Below, piece after piece: positions 1 through 9,679 of a stretch of DNA of 64,000 nucleotides. Each line of letters opens with the position of its first letter. Positions within the stretch are counted from its first letter, which is position 1. Position numbers and translations under genes: made by a program. Source of the stretch: Candidatus Woesebacteria bacterium (lineage in GTDB: Bacteria > Patescibacteriota > Microgenomatia > UBA1400 > UBA1396); the NCBI GenBank assembly GCA_021208605.1, contig JAJOJK010000002.1:103851-167850 (forward strand). The letters are read 5' to 3'. Under the pieces are notes generated by a model. That model did no database searches. It was not told the origin of the DNA and saw only the letters and a list, made by a program, of their open reading frames with translations.

Positions 1-895
1 TGATAGTAAAAGCGAGCTGCTTTTTGAACTCCATTGGATTGGCGCCATTGGCCATTTGTACGTCCATGTCATCGATAACTTCGTCGGCCACATCAGTCAG
101 CAAACGGAAGTACTGCGTGATAATTTCATCGGTCACCGACATCAGTTTGCCGTACATCTCGCGCGGAGCTTCGGTTAACGCAATATAGTTGCCAAGCGAT
201 TTACCCATTTTGCGACCATCGGTGCCAATAAGCAGCGGCACTGCCAACACCCACTTTTCACGGTCTTTCATACTCTTGAGCATTTGTCGGCCGACCATCA
301 TGTTAAAGATTTGATCGGTTCCACCAATTTCCAGATCCACTTCCATGGCTACGGAGTCAAATCCTTGCAAAATTGGGTAGAGAATTTCGTGGGCGTGAAT
401 CGGGGCATTGTTTTTCAGACGCTCTTGGAACATATCGCGTTCCATCAGCTGCTGCACGGTCATATTAGAAAACAAGCGAATCAACTCGGAGAAATTCATC
501 TGGTCATACCACTCGCCATTGCGCCGTAAAGTGATCTTATCAAAATCAAGAATGGTGCTGGCCTGTTCTTTCCAGGTTTGGAAATTGGCTTCGATTTCTT
601 CGTCGGTGATCATGGGGCGAGTCTTATCTTTCCCGGTGGGATCACCAATTTTCACGGTGCCATTCCCTATCAACAAGATGACTTCATGTCCGAGTTCCGC
701 GAACTGCTGTAGCTTGCGCAGTACCACAGCATGGCCTAAATGGAGCTGATTGCCCGTAGGATCGATACCCAAATACAACCGAATTGAGCGTTGCTGCATC
801 TCGTTGGCCAATGCGTTCGCATTGGGCAAGATCTGATCAACGCCGCGGCGCAAGGCCAATTCGGGCGTGAGGGTATGTTTTGGTAAATCAGACAT
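1..895 (-). CDS. tyrS: Tyrosyl-tRNA synthetase, N-terminal ~298 codons; the gene's 3' end lies beyond the window start
   Basis: Minus-strand frame is open from the ATG at 895 to the window edge. Translation begins MSDLPKHTLTPELALRRG and contains the HIGH-type motif GIDPTGNQLHLGH and the KMSKS-type motif GRKMGKSLGNYI, typical of class I TyrRS (TyrZ-like). Confidence 0.8.
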   Translation of the reverse strand, partial: MSDLPKHTLTPELALRRGVDQILPNANALANEMQQRSIRLYLGIDPTGNQLHLGHAVVLRKLQQFAELGHEVILLIGNGTVKIGDPTGKDKTRPMITDEEIEANFQTWKEQASTILDFDKITLRRNGEWYDQMNFSELIRLFSNMTVQQLMERDMFQERLKNNAPIHAHEILYPILQGFDSVAMEVDLEIGGTDQIFNMMVGRQMLKSMKDREKWVLAVPLLIGTDGRKMGKSLGNYIALTEAPREMYGKLMSVTDEIITQYFRLLTDVADEVIDDMDVQMANGANPMEFKKQLAFTI

Positions 896-966
896 AGGCG
901 TATTGTACCGGAAACTTTTTCATTTCGCAGGTTTTGCCAAAGATTTCAGCTTTCAACAGAAAACCT

Positions 967-1707
967 TTACGCCACTTTCTTCCACTCAGCTTTCATTAGA
1001 ATCGGAGCATACACATCATCTTCGAGCTCAATATGCAGCGCAGCCAATTCTGCTTCTGTGGGAGGGCGATCTTGAAATGTAATAGAGCGAATATCGTTTA
1101 CCACAGCAATGGGTGTTTGCTGGGCGCCTTCGCCCATTTCAAAAACCGCTGCCACCGCCAGAGCCTGATAGACACTCTCTTGTGTCATGCGCATTTCACG
1201 ACCATACAGATCCGGCGTGCCAATGAGCGTGTTCAGCGCTTTGAAGCCACAATGGGCCAGCGTGGCGCCAATCACTCCCCAATAGAGTGGCTGCGTGCGG
1301 CTATCGGTAATAATGACACCGAGCTCTTGCACGCCATACACTTCGCGCAAAAACGCCCATACTTCGTTCGCCACGCGTTGCGGATTTTCTGGCCACAATA
1401 CATAGCCTTCACGGGCATTCGATTCATCTATTCCAGCATTTACACACAACTGACCTTGCGTCACCGTGAGCATGATGTCGTATTTGGAGGAGGTTGGTTC
1501 GGTATACAGATCAGCTTCTTGGCGGATCAGATCATGTTTGGCAATCGATTGTGTAGAAACTACTCGACCTTGCGCCAAACTCACTATTTTTGAAGTAATC
1601 GCTACTACGGAACGCTCTGGGAGAGAATCGATGCTACCACGAAGAATTTCTTTCAGATCATCTCCGGCTTGCACAATCTGTGGTGTTCTCACTGCATGAA
1701 CTTGCAT
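967..1707 (-). CDS. F420-0:gamma-glutamyl ligase family protein (CofE-like)
   Basis: Motifs VVAITSKIVSLAQGR, GIDESNA and GVIITDSRTQPLYWG match the CofE / PF01996 fold. The start was moved to the internal ATG (MQVHAV, 1707) because the longer track ORF (to 2031) would overlap the divergent lepB. Confidence 0.65.
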   Translation of the reverse strand: MQVHAVRTPQIVQAGDDLKEILRGSIDSLPERSVVAITSKIVSLAQGRVVSTQSIAKHDLIRQEADLYTEPTSSKYDIMLTVTQGQLCVNAGIDESNAREGYVLWPENPQRVANEVWAFLREVYGVQELGVIITDSRTQPLYWGVIGATLAHCGFKALNTLIGTPDLYGREMRMTQESVYQALAVAAVFEMGEGAQQTPIAVVNDIRSITFQDRPPTEAELAALHIELEDDVYAPILMKAEWKKVA

Positions 1708-1782
1708 ACGGGCTATTATACGCCATAGAAGGGCATACTTTTCGTATTGCATGCCTCTCGGTACCATGCCACAATACGCTGT

Positions 1783-2373
1783 ATGAGTATTTTCCAACGC
1801 ATGAGCGGTACGGTCCTTGATATTGTTGAGACGGTTGTTGTCGCTCTTTCCATTTTCTTGGTGGTGTATCTCTTTTTTATGCAACCACACCAGGTGAATG
1901 GACAATCCATGGAACCAACATTTCTGAGTGGAGAATATGTCTTGACCGATAAAGTTTCCTATCAAACCGGCGAACCCCGTCGCGGAGACGTTGTCGTTTT
2001 TCACGCCCCAGAAGCCGCTGGCTGTCCTCAAGGAACCGGTTGTGACTTCATTAAGCGCATCATCGGTCTTCCCGGCGACACCATTTCAGTGCACGACAAC
2101 GCTCTCTACATTAACGGTCAAGCCTTACCGGAACCCTACATTCCACCAGAAAACTACACCAAAGCTGGTGAGTTCACGCAAGGCGGTCGCGAAATCTACT
2201 TAGGAGAAAATGAGTACTTTGCCGTGGGAGACAATCGACCGTTCTCCTCTGACTCCCGTGTCTGGGGTCCCATCGGAAAACAAAACATTGTTGGTCGCGC
2301 CTTCTTGCGCTACTGGCCTCTGGAAAAAGTTGGCCTCATTCCCCGCGTTGCATACGAAGGCTTCTCTCGATAG
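1783..2373 (+). CDS. lepB: Signal peptidase I
   Basis: Has an N-terminal TM segment, a GQSMEPT Ser box, KRIIGLPGD and GDNRPFSSDSR (S26 family boxes). The start could be the ATG at 1747, 1783 or 1801. Confidence 0.75.
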   Translation: MSIFQRMSGTVLDIVETVVVALSIFLVVYLFFMQPHQVNGQSMEPTFLSGEYVLTDKVSYQTGEPRRGDVVVFHAPEAAGCPQGTGCDFIKRIIGLPGDTISVHDNALYINGQALPEPYIPPENYTKAGEFTQGGREIYLGENEYFAVGDNRPFSSDSRVWGPIGKQNIVGRAFLRYWPLEKVGLIPRVAYEGFSR

Positions 2374-2382
2374 GATACTCAC

Positions 2383-3369
2383 ATGACTTCCACATCTGAT
2401 ACTCCTAGAATTTTGGTGACTGGTGCTGGCGGCTTTGTGGGCCACCACTTGGTGGAGTACCTGAAAAAACAAGGTGCGTGGGTGCGAGGCGTCGATATTA
2501 AGAAACCTGAGTACAGTCAAACAAGCGCCGATGAGTTCCTGCTCTTAGATTTACGCGAAAAGCACAACGCCGAAACCGCCACAGCTGGTGTCGATCGAGT
2601 TTTCGCTCTCGCCGCCGATATGGGTGGCATGGGCTATATTTCATCACACGACGCCGTTATTCTGCACGACAACACACTCATTAACACGCACACTCTCGAA
2701 GCAGCTCGTAAAAACGGCGTGCAACGATACCTCTTCACTTCATCAGCCTGTGTCTACCCCGAAGAACGCCAAGAAATCACTGATTTAGCCCCCCTTAAAG
2801 AAGAGGATGCCTATCCCGCCAATCCGCAAGATGCCTACGGCTGGGAAAAACTGCTCGGAGAAAAATTTTGCCAATACTACCGGCAAGATCATGGATTAGA
2901 GACTCGCATTACACGTTTCCACAACATTTTCGGTCCACAAGGCACCTGGGATGGCGGACGCGAAAAAGCACCAGCCGCGCTCTGCCGCAAAATTGCCACG
3001 GCTAAACTCACCGGAAACCACGAAATTGAAATTTGGGGCGATGGCGAACAAACTCGCTCGTTTTGTTATGTGGACGACGCCGTAAAAGGTCTTCATCTCC
3101 TCATGAACTCAGACTACGCCGAACCACTCAACATTGGTCAAGACCGCATGGTCACCATCAATGAGCTGGCAGACAGTATCGCTGATATCGCTGGTATCTC
3201 GATCATCAAAAAGCATATTCCTGGTCCACAAGGAGTGCGCGGACGAAACTCCGATAACACTCGCCTCAAAAAAGTGTTGCAGTGGGAACCAGAAGTCTCT
3301 CTGGAAACAGGCCTCCGCCAAACATATGAGTGGATTGAGTCTCAGGTACAAAAACAGCTTGAATCGTAA
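2383..3369 (+). CDS. NAD-dependent sugar epimerase (GDP-mannose 3,5-epimerase-like)
   Basis: Rossmann motif VTGAGGFVGHH, YxxxK (AYGWEK), and GMGYISSHDAVILHDNTLIN / FTSSACVYP resembling GME-type epimerases. Confidence 0.7.
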   Translation: MTSTSDTPRILVTGAGGFVGHHLVEYLKKQGAWVRGVDIKKPEYSQTSADEFLLLDLREKHNAETATAGVDRVFALAADMGGMGYISSHDAVILHDNTLINTHTLEAARKNGVQRYLFTSSACVYPEERQEITDLAPLKEEDAYPANPQDAYGWEKLLGEKFCQYYRQDHGLETRITRFHNIFGPQGTWDGGREKAPAALCRKIATAKLTGNHEIEIWGDGEQTRSFCYVDDAVKGLHLLMNSDYAEPLNIGQDRMVTINELADSIADIAGISIIKKHIPGPQGVRGRNSDNTRLKKVLQWEPEVSLETGLRQTYEWIESQVQKQLES

Positions 3370-3378
3370 AATAATTCT

Positions 3379-4182
3379 TTACGAAATTCCGCGCGAGTAC
3401 ATCCACGTCACTACCTGATTATGAAAACGGTGCAGCATGAGTTGCCACCGTGGCACTTGGTATTCTTGCGCCACTCGCCACTGTTCCGCTAAGCGTTGTC
3501 CAAAAAATTGCCCACCTTTCGAGTCTTCGTGCACTCGGAAAAGGGACCACACAAATGGAACAATTTTGGGTGCTCCGTAGGCCTGGTACAACCGCCACCA
3601 CCATTCGTAGTCCATCACTAAATCAAGATCTTCACGCAAATAGCCCACTTCGGTATGCACTTCACGGCGCCAAAACGTGCTCGGCTGAATATACGGATTA
3701 TTGACACCCAAAACAAAAGAAAATAACCTGGGGAACCACTGGACAACATCTCGTTGGGCACGTTTGTAGAGACGCACCAACTGATCCCGCGACTGACCAT
3801 GCGAATCAATCACATCATATTCACCCGTCACCCAAATCGTTTCTGGATACTGTCGAAACAACTCCGCCACTCCCCACAGTGTCCCTGGGAGCAAAATATC
3901 GTCGGCATTCAGGAATCCAATAATGTCACCACTCGCTTGACGAAATCCTTTGTTGAGAGCATCTGTTTGTCCATTATCGGGTTCAGAAACCCAGTGAATA
4001 GCCTCATCATACTGTTGGAGTATATCTACTGAGGCGTCGGTCGAGCCGCCATCCATGACCAATATTTCTAAAAACGGATAGTTTTGCCGCAACAAACTGA
4101 CAATGGCCTGCTCCAAGAAGTGTCCCTGGTTGTAGTTCGGCATGACGATGCTGATACTGGGATACATGTCTTCTGCTGCCAT
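3379..4182 (-). CDS. Glycosyltransferase family 2
   Basis: SIVMPNYNQ, VMDGGSTD and NADD (DxD) GT-A motifs. Its start ATG overlaps the stop of the upstream DUF2304-like gene (TAATG at 4180-4184). Confidence 0.75.
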   Translation of the reverse strand: MAAEDMYPSISIVMPNYNQGHFLEQAIVSLLRQNYPFLEILVMDGGSTDASVDILQQYDEAIHWVSEPDNGQTDALNKGFRQASGDIIGFLNADDILLPGTLWGVAELFRQYPETIWVTGEYDVIDSHGQSRDQLVRLYKRAQRDVVQWFPRLFSFVLGVNNPYIQPSTFWRREVHTEVGYLREDLDLVMDYEWWWRLYQAYGAPKIVPFVWSLFRVHEDSKGGQFFGQRLAEQWRVAQEYQVPRWQLMLHRFHNQVVTWMYSRGIS

Positions 4183-4565
4183 TACGACTGCTTCCTCGTT
4201 TTTTGCCGATCCTCGCGGATGTGCACTCGCTCTCGTTCCCATTCGGCTGCCTGAATAGCATGTAACCGAATCAAGCGAGACACTTTTTCTTCTAAACGCA
4301 ACACGTGCAAGCGAGTACTCAGCGTGATACTGGTCACAATCACAAAAGCGATGATTACTAATAAATCAAATACTCGGCCAATATGGAGTGCATCGGCCAC
4401 ACCCTGGAGCAAACTCGGCATCAAGGCTAGCAGAATAAATCCACTCCAAACCGCTACCCAAGAACCAAACTCCAATGAACCCAAGTGCTGTTTCCGGTAA
4501 TGAATCCGCAACACATACAACATGCCCACCGCAAAAAAAGCCATCGCTACTTGAAAAAGAATCAT
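4182..4565 (-). CDS. Small membrane protein, DUF2304-like (a family commonly paired with GT2 enzymes)
   Basis: 127 aa with three predicted TM helices and a basic C-terminal tail. Translationally coupled to the downstream GT2. Confidence 0.5.
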   Translation of the reverse strand: MILFQVAMAFFAVGMLYVLRIHYRKQHLGSLEFGSWVAVWSGFILLALMPSLLQGVADALHIGRVFDLLVIIAFVIVTSITLSTRLHVLRLEEKVSRLIRLHAIQAAEWERERVHIREDRQKTRKQS

Positions 4566-4608
4566 TGCGCTCAGGGTATCATATCTGCAAAGAAAGTCTA
4601 GCTCGCAG

Positions 4609-6036
4609 CTACCGCGCCGAGTCCTGTGAAAACCGCTCGGTGAGATCTGTGAGCCAGATAAAACAGACTCCTAAAATGGGAAGAATAGCTCGATCCATGG
4701 CTTGGCGCGCCTCGACCCAGCGCTCGCCAAATACCACATGGAGCGCAATCATGCCAGCCAGGAGGAATACCAGCCAAATACCGGCCATCCCAGTCCAGAG
4801 AGTCCATTCTTTGGGCCAACGGTTTTTTACCCGCCAAAAAACAATGACCGCAAAAACCAAAAGCACTATCCACGGCAAAGCCGGTGAAAAGAGCCAATGT
4901 CCGAGTTCTTCTTGGAAGGCATTCCACAGGGCAAGGGGCGTTTGGCTCAAAAGTGATTCAGCTAAGGCGGAAACAGATCGATCTTCGTCAGTCGTTCCCG
5001 TAAGAGCGACGGCCCACGATCGCTCAGCAAACCATACCGCTACACTTACGGCCGGTAATATCCACAGAGCTGCCAAGGACTGCATGCTTTTCACAATTTT
5101 CATCCCCTGGAATTTAACCAGATAAGCAAAACCAAACAGCGAAAATAGCAACGCTCCGAACCAGTAATACTCCGTAATGCGGGCGCTCACCGAACCTAAA
5201 ACGAGCGCTCCAAGCACGCCCCAGTCAATGAAGGTCACGTCTAACCACTTGTGGCGGCGAATTCGTTCTGTTATCCACAGGAGTCCCAACACCCAAAAGA
5301 GGGCCGAAGGATACGCACCATAGCCTTCGGTCAATGACACAAACAATGCCGGCATAGAGAGCCAAAGAAATGGCCACACGAGCCTGCTCTGCCAGCTTTT
5401 CCACAACTGCCAACCCGCTCCAAGTACACAAAGTAATAGAACAGAATACAGCAACAGAACCATACGAGCTCCAGACTGGTACGCCAAAGCCCACCAGAGG
5501 CTACTGGTAATGGGGTGCAAAAAGTCATAGGCTCGATACTCTTCCATACGCGCAAACTGACCAGCAAAATCAGCCAGCTGCCAGCCATCGACTACTCGCT
5601 GCGCGCGGAAGTCATACAACGCAACTGCATCCCATGACACGGGTGTAATGGTCAGTTGCCAAACAAATGCTATACCAACCGCCAACGCGATAGCCGCTCC
5701 CATATACAATAACGGCCAAGCAGAAAATGGTAGCGAGAGTTGCGTTAGTTTGTTGGCCACTTCCTTGAGCTCTTTCTGCGCTCCTTTCCAGAGTGAAACG
5801 GTGTTCGATACCGCCCCATACTTCCACTGCACCCAACCAGCCGACATCAGTACGAGTAACCACCATACCAAGGTACTCATCAGAAATGGAATTGTCGCCG
5901 ACCACGTCAAAAACAAATACAGTCCGGTCAAACTTAGGCCCACCGGATAGGCAAACCACAGTTCAAACGATGTAAGTTGACGACGAAACGCAGTTCGTAA
6001 AAGAGACCAACCCAGTAAAAACATGGCCAAAATCAC
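4609..6036 (-). CDS. Polytopic integral membrane protein (at least 10 TM), likely glycan-processing membrane enzyme
   Basis: 475 aa, very hydrophobic and Trp-rich, sits in an operon with GT2. No diagnostic motif recognised. Confidence 0.5.
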   Translation of the reverse strand: MILAMFLLGWSLLRTAFRRQLTSFELWFAYPVGLSLTGLYLFLTWSATIPFLMSTLVWWLLVLMSAGWVQWKYGAVSNTVSLWKGAQKELKEVANKLTQLSLPFSAWPLLYMGAAIALAVGIAFVWQLTITPVSWDAVALYDFRAQRVVDGWQLADFAGQFARMEEYRAYDFLHPITSSLWWALAYQSGARMVLLLYSVLLLCVLGAGWQLWKSWQSRLVWPFLWLSMPALFVSLTEGYGAYPSALFWVLGLLWITERIRRHKWLDVTFIDWGVLGALVLGSVSARITEYYWFGALLFSLFGFAYLVKFQGMKIVKSMQSLAALWILPAVSVAVWFAERSWAVALTGTTDEDRSVSALAESLLSQTPLALWNAFQEELGHWLFSPALPWIVLLVFAVIVFWRVKNRWPKEWTLWTGMAGIWLVFLLAGMIALHVVFGERWVEARQAMDRAILPILGVCFIWLTDLTERFSQDSAR

Positions 6037-6045
6037 GAAAAAAAA

Positions 6046-6516
6046 TCATTGCACCACCCTTTCCGCTTCCAAAGAGACGCGTTCAATATATGGTGGCAGT
6101 GTTTCTTGATACAGCACTTGCTCGGGGTGCCAAAACATGACTCCCCGCTCATCAATAGCCACATTCTCGAGACTGGCTATTTCAAATTGTCCATTTGAAA
6201 CTGCGCGTAAAAGCGGAGCGTTGTTTCCGATTGCGTATCGATACGGTTTTTCCGGCACAACGATGAGAGAATACTTTCCATCTCTGGAAATTTGCGCCAC
6301 TTTTGTTTGTAAAAGTGCCATTTCGGAACCGAAAATAGCTGCCCGTTGTTCGTCTTGTGGCAATCCAGCAAATGAAAGTACTTCTCGCCACTTCGCATGA
6401 ACTTGCCCCAGCCATCCGGAGCCAAAATTCAGACCCCAAACCAAAAGAAGTATCCACAACCAAGAGAGTGTCAACCAACTGGGAAAATGTCGTTCTTTTT
6501 TACGAAAATCAGCCAT
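6046..6516 (-). CDS. Hypothetical protein with N-terminal membrane anchor
   Basis: 156 aa ORF, single N-terminal TM (LTLSWLWILLLVWGL). Confidence 0.45.
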   Translation of the reverse strand: MADFRKKERHFPSWLTLSWLWILLLVWGLNFGSGWLGQVHAKWREVLSFAGLPQDEQRAAIFGSEMALLQTKVAQISRDGKYSLIVVPEKPYRYAIGNNAPLLRAVSNGQFEIASLENVAIDERGVMFWHPEQVLYQETLPPYIERVSLEAERVVQ

Positions 6517-6518
6517 AC

Positions 6519-7124
6519 CTAGGATTCATTGTAGCGGAAATAGCGACGAATATCGTGCGTGTTAAATCCAATATCGAGCAATCGTTTATTGATCTCGGCA
6601 TCATTGAGGTCTTTTTTGCGCCACATGGCAGAAAGCGACTCGATGCTTTCACGAGTTTCGTACGGATAAATAATCCAGGTATCAAGTTGCGCTGCCACAA
6701 AGTCTGGTTGCACCGAAGCCCACGACTTAGAAATGAGCGAAGCAATACTCACCGAAGCCGCATCATACTGATCGAGTAATAACGGGCGAATAAATTCCAG
6801 GGTTTTCCCGGTATCGACAATATCCTCAAACACCAAAAGGTGCTCACCGGTGACATCCACCGCCAGAGGCTGCAAAATCGTGGGTTCTTCTTCGCGTTTG
6901 TTGATGTCAGCATAGAAAGCCGTCTGCAAAAGACTGATCTTCTTCATTCCTAAGCGATCACCAAAGTGACGAGCCATGGTCAGCCCGCCGTTAGCGATGG
7001 CGATAATGCGGTCGTATGATCCGCCCCCGTTGGCAACCTCCTCAGCCACCGTTTCGGTAAGTGCGGCGATGTCATCCCAAGTGATGAGTGTGAAGTGCGT
7101 AGAATCGATTTGTGTATGTTTCAT
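6519..7124 (-). CDS. hpt: Purine phosphoribosyltransferase (hypoxanthine/xanthine-guanine PRTase family)
   Basis: PRPP-binding motif VFEDIVDTGKT, ~200 aa. Confidence 0.75.
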   Translation of the reverse strand: MKHTQIDSTHFTLITWDDIAALTETVAEEVANGGGSYDRIIAIANGGLTMARHFGDRLGMKKISLLQTAFYADINKREEEPTILQPLAVDVTGEHLLVFEDIVDTGKTLEFIRPLLLDQYDAASVSIASLISKSWASVQPDFVAAQLDTWIIYPYETRESIESLSAMWRKKDLNDAEINKRLLDIGFNTHDIRRYFRYNES

Positions 7125-7213
7125 GGGTGAGCTTTCTAATACCTACTTCGTGGGAGTGCACGTAGTATACAAGTTTTCGTCATCGTAGGGTACAATACAA
7201 CTCTTAGCCACTA

Positions 7214-7288
7214 CGGGATGTAGCTCAGATGGCTTAGAGCGCGCGCTTTGGGAGCGCGAGGTCGCTGGTTCGAGTCCAGTCATCCCGA
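7214..7288 (+). tRNA. tRNA-Pro (anticodon TGG)
   Basis: Cloverleaf can be drawn by hand: acceptor CGGGATG/CATCCCG, D arm GCTC..GAGC, anticodon stem CGCGC/GCGCG with loop TTTGGGA, T arm GCTGG-TTCGAGT-CCAGT. Confidence 0.8.
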
Positions 7289-7430
7289 CATTCAAGGACA
7301 GAAGGCAGTTTTGCGATGGTTTCAAACTTAGGATTCCATTGGTGATTCAATACTTTTTTGTCCTTTATAGTAAAGTTCAAAAAGACCATTCGAATGATAC
7401 TGTCCGTTGCAAGGTGATTATCACTTGTTT

Positions 7431-8948
7431 TCAGAGTAGAAACGATGTTTTGATAAAGTTCGAAAAGTCTGTGTAGGACATCACTTTTTCTTTGAGTAAA
7501 GATTGAGCATCAACTCGCTGGCTCTTTACCTGTGCCAGTTTAGCTTCTAATTGCTCGATTTCATCCCTGGCTTGGAGTATTTTTTCTCTTGCTACCTTGA
7601 TTGACTTGTCATCACCCTCAAGTCTAACCACGATAAGTTGTTGGTCTGAAATAATTGTTTCCAGGTCGTTTATTTGTTTGGAAATAGAGCGTTGGTCGCT
7701 TTCCAACTCTTTGGCAGAGCTAACTAGTTGTCTTTTGGCATCAGCAACATACTGATTGTAGGCTTTTTCGTCTATACCGATGCCACCTGCTAATACCTCA
7801 TAAACATACTCAAAAACAACTTTTGCCCTGATTTCTCGTAAGCCTTTTACTGTATGGGAATAACAACCGCCAGTGGAACACTTTATTCGCAAATAGGTGA
7901 TGAGTGACTCTGGTTTATTTTTGTTGAGATACGTTGTCATCAAGTTACCGCAGTACCCACACACCACCATCTGGTCTAGCAGTGGCGTTGCCTTGTCCTG
8001 AGCCTTCTTATAGCCCTTTTTACCGTCCAGAATGTTTCGCAAGCGTAAGTAGTCCAGATATGACACCGCAGGTGTAAATAAGTGGTCGAACTTAGTCAGG
8101 TCAACCATATTTTTCCCATACACGTAGTAACCAGTATAGGAGGGGTCGAGAAACATTGCGGAGACTAGTTGTTTTGTCATCCTGGTTTTTTCACCGTTTT
8201 GGCTATAGTTATTTTCGTTGAGGTGAGATGCAATTTCATCTTGTGACGTGCCCTCGATACCCATCTGAAACGCTTGCTTGATAAGCTCAAAATTGTTGCC
8301 ATCTGGGCGTTGACGTTTATTGACTACTTTGTAGCCACGTAGAGCCTTGTTACCGATAGCTTTGCCCTCACCGATAATGTTTTCGTTTCCTCTTGAAACA
8401 TTGATAGACAAGTTGTCACTATAGGCTTTGGCAAGTAAGAACTGTAAGCCGAGGGTCATTAGCCCATTGGGGTCACGCTGAAATGAAAACTGTGGAAACT
8501 TGAGGTCTTTGATAATGCCTCGGTCAATCAGGTCAATAATTTCACCTGCATCCTTCATATTTCGACCCAATCGGTCAGGATGCCAGCAGATGATAGCGTT
8601 ATATGATTTCTTAGACTTGATTTCATCCATCATTTCTTCAAACACTTCACGATTTGCCGATTTTCGGGCTGATTTTTCTTCCTTGAGAATATCTACCACC
8701 TTCAACCCTTCTCGTTTGGCTAAGGCTTTACAGTCCTTGATTTGGTCTGGAATGGAGCGTTCTTGGCGTTCTACTTGCTTTCCATCTTGGTTTTTCTTTT
8801 TACCCTTTGTGGACTTGCGAGCATAGATGACATAGACAGGTGGCTTGTCATCGGGAAGGGGTTTACCTGCCTTTTCTAAGCGGTCAAAAACAATCCGTTG
8901 AGCAATTTCAAAGACCTGCTGTTTATACTCTTGGTTATTATCTGGCAT
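7431..8948 (-). CDS. Large serine recombinase (resolvase-type catalytic domain plus recombinase domain plus Cys-rich zinc ribbon)
   Basis: N-terminal VYVIYARKSTKG catalytic serine motif, 505 aa, Cys cluster CGYCG...CSTGGC, C-terminal coiled coil. Confidence 0.8.
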   Translation of the reverse strand: MPDNNQEYKQQVFEIAQRIVFDRLEKAGKPLPDDKPPVYVIYARKSTKGKKKNQDGKQVERQERSIPDQIKDCKALAKREGLKVVDILKEEKSARKSANREVFEEMMDEIKSKKSYNAIICWHPDRLGRNMKDAGEIIDLIDRGIIKDLKFPQFSFQRDPNGLMTLGLQFLLAKAYSDNLSINVSRGNENIIGEGKAIGNKALRGYKVVNKRQRPDGNNFELIKQAFQMGIEGTSQDEIASHLNENNYSQNGEKTRMTKQLVSAMFLDPSYTGYYVYGKNMVDLTKFDHLFTPAVSYLDYLRLRNILDGKKGYKKAQDKATPLLDQMVVCGYCGNLMTTYLNKNKPESLITYLRIKCSTGGCYSHTVKGLREIRAKVVFEYVYEVLAGGIGIDEKAYNQYVADAKRQLVSSAKELESDQRSISKQINDLETIISDQQLIVVRLEGDDKSIKVAREKILQARDEIEQLEAKLAQVKSQRVDAQSLLKEKVMSYTDFSNFIKTSFLL

Positions 8949-9041
8949 CGGTTATTATCTCTCGATTTATCTATGTCTATTATATCGCCAGATACAAAAA
9001 GAGCCGAGGGTGAGTCGGCTCCTTGCATAGAACAAGACTCA

Positions 9042-9170
9042 TTACTTTGTTCTATCGTGGTCGTTGATTTGGGCGTATGTAGCGTCTTCTGGAAGTCCTC
9101 TTTCTTGAGCTAGTTGTTTTCTACGAATCTCACTATCGTGGTCGTTGATTTGGGACATTACTTCTGACAT
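9042..9170 (-). CDS. Small ORF (~42 aa) with internal repeat (QINDHD twice), strong RBS
   Basis: AAGGAG lies 8 nt upstream of the ATG. Translation is MSEVMSQINDHDSEIRRKQLAQERGLPEDATYAQINDHDRTK. Encoded across the 22-nt direct repeat. Confidence 0.35.
   Translation of the reverse strand: MSEVMSQINDHDSEIRRKQLAQERGLPEDATYAQINDHDRTK
9052..9154. repeat. Perfect 22-nt direct repeat (ctatcgtggtcgttgatttggg) at 9052-9073 and 9133-9154
   Basis: Seen directly in the sequence; the two copies are 81 nt apart. Confidence 0.7.
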
Positions 9171-9187
9171 AAGATTATCTCCTTTTT

Positions 9188-9616
9188 TTAGTTTGTAACT
9201 TGTTGCATTATACCATTTTTTATGTCTCTTGGGGCATAACGACCAATACCAAGTAGTGTTTCACCAATTTCAATTAGTTCGTGAGCGTAGGCTTTTTTCT
9301 GTTCCTCAGTCATACTCGAGAAGGTAGTCTCAGTGACGGTTTTGGTAGGTTTGAAGCGGTCAAGTTCCTCTGAAATGAGGTTGTCTAGTACGTTGCTCTG
9401 GGTAACTTCCACACTCTTTACATCTGGCAGTGTTTTATTGAGCAGTGTTTTACACGCTCCCAGAGCTACATTTTCGTTCTTGCTTTTGGATAGCTCTACT
9501 AATCGCTGTATCACTTCATCAGCGTAGCTACTGATTGAGCTATACAAGGCTTGTTTGCTAGTTGGCTTACGCTTAGCCTTCATTGTTTCAATTGGGGACG
9601 TTGCGTCCCTTTTCAC
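9188..9616 (-). CDS. Hypothetical protein (island ORFan)
   Basis: 142 aa ORF, AT-rich. Confidence 0.4.
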   Translation of the reverse strand: MKRDATSPIETMKAKRKPTSKQALYSSISSYADEVIQRLVELSKSKNENVALGACKTLLNKTLPDVKSVEVTQSNVLDNLISEELDRFKPTKTVTETTFSSMTEEQKKAYAHELIEIGETLLGIGRYAPRDIKNGIMQQVTN

Positions 9617-9679
9617 TCCCTATCATTTTATCTGGTAAGTTATCTCATTGATACTATAGTTCATACAAAGTTGTGCTTA

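Noticed and set aside
1033-1593. 186-aa plus-strand ORF antisense to the CofE-like gene, and many similar antisense or nested ORFs across the window (e.g. 4475-5125, 20307-20669, 20795-21196, 35257-35796, 40296-40850, 58252-58824)
   Set aside because: They lie wholly inside well-supported genes on the opposite strand or in another frame, have low-complexity or garbage-like translations, and leave no room for their own expression signals.
9052-9154. Possible CRISPR-like repeat
   Set aside because: Only two copies of a 22-nt repeat, no further spacers, and the repeats fall inside a small coding ORF. Not a CRISPR array.
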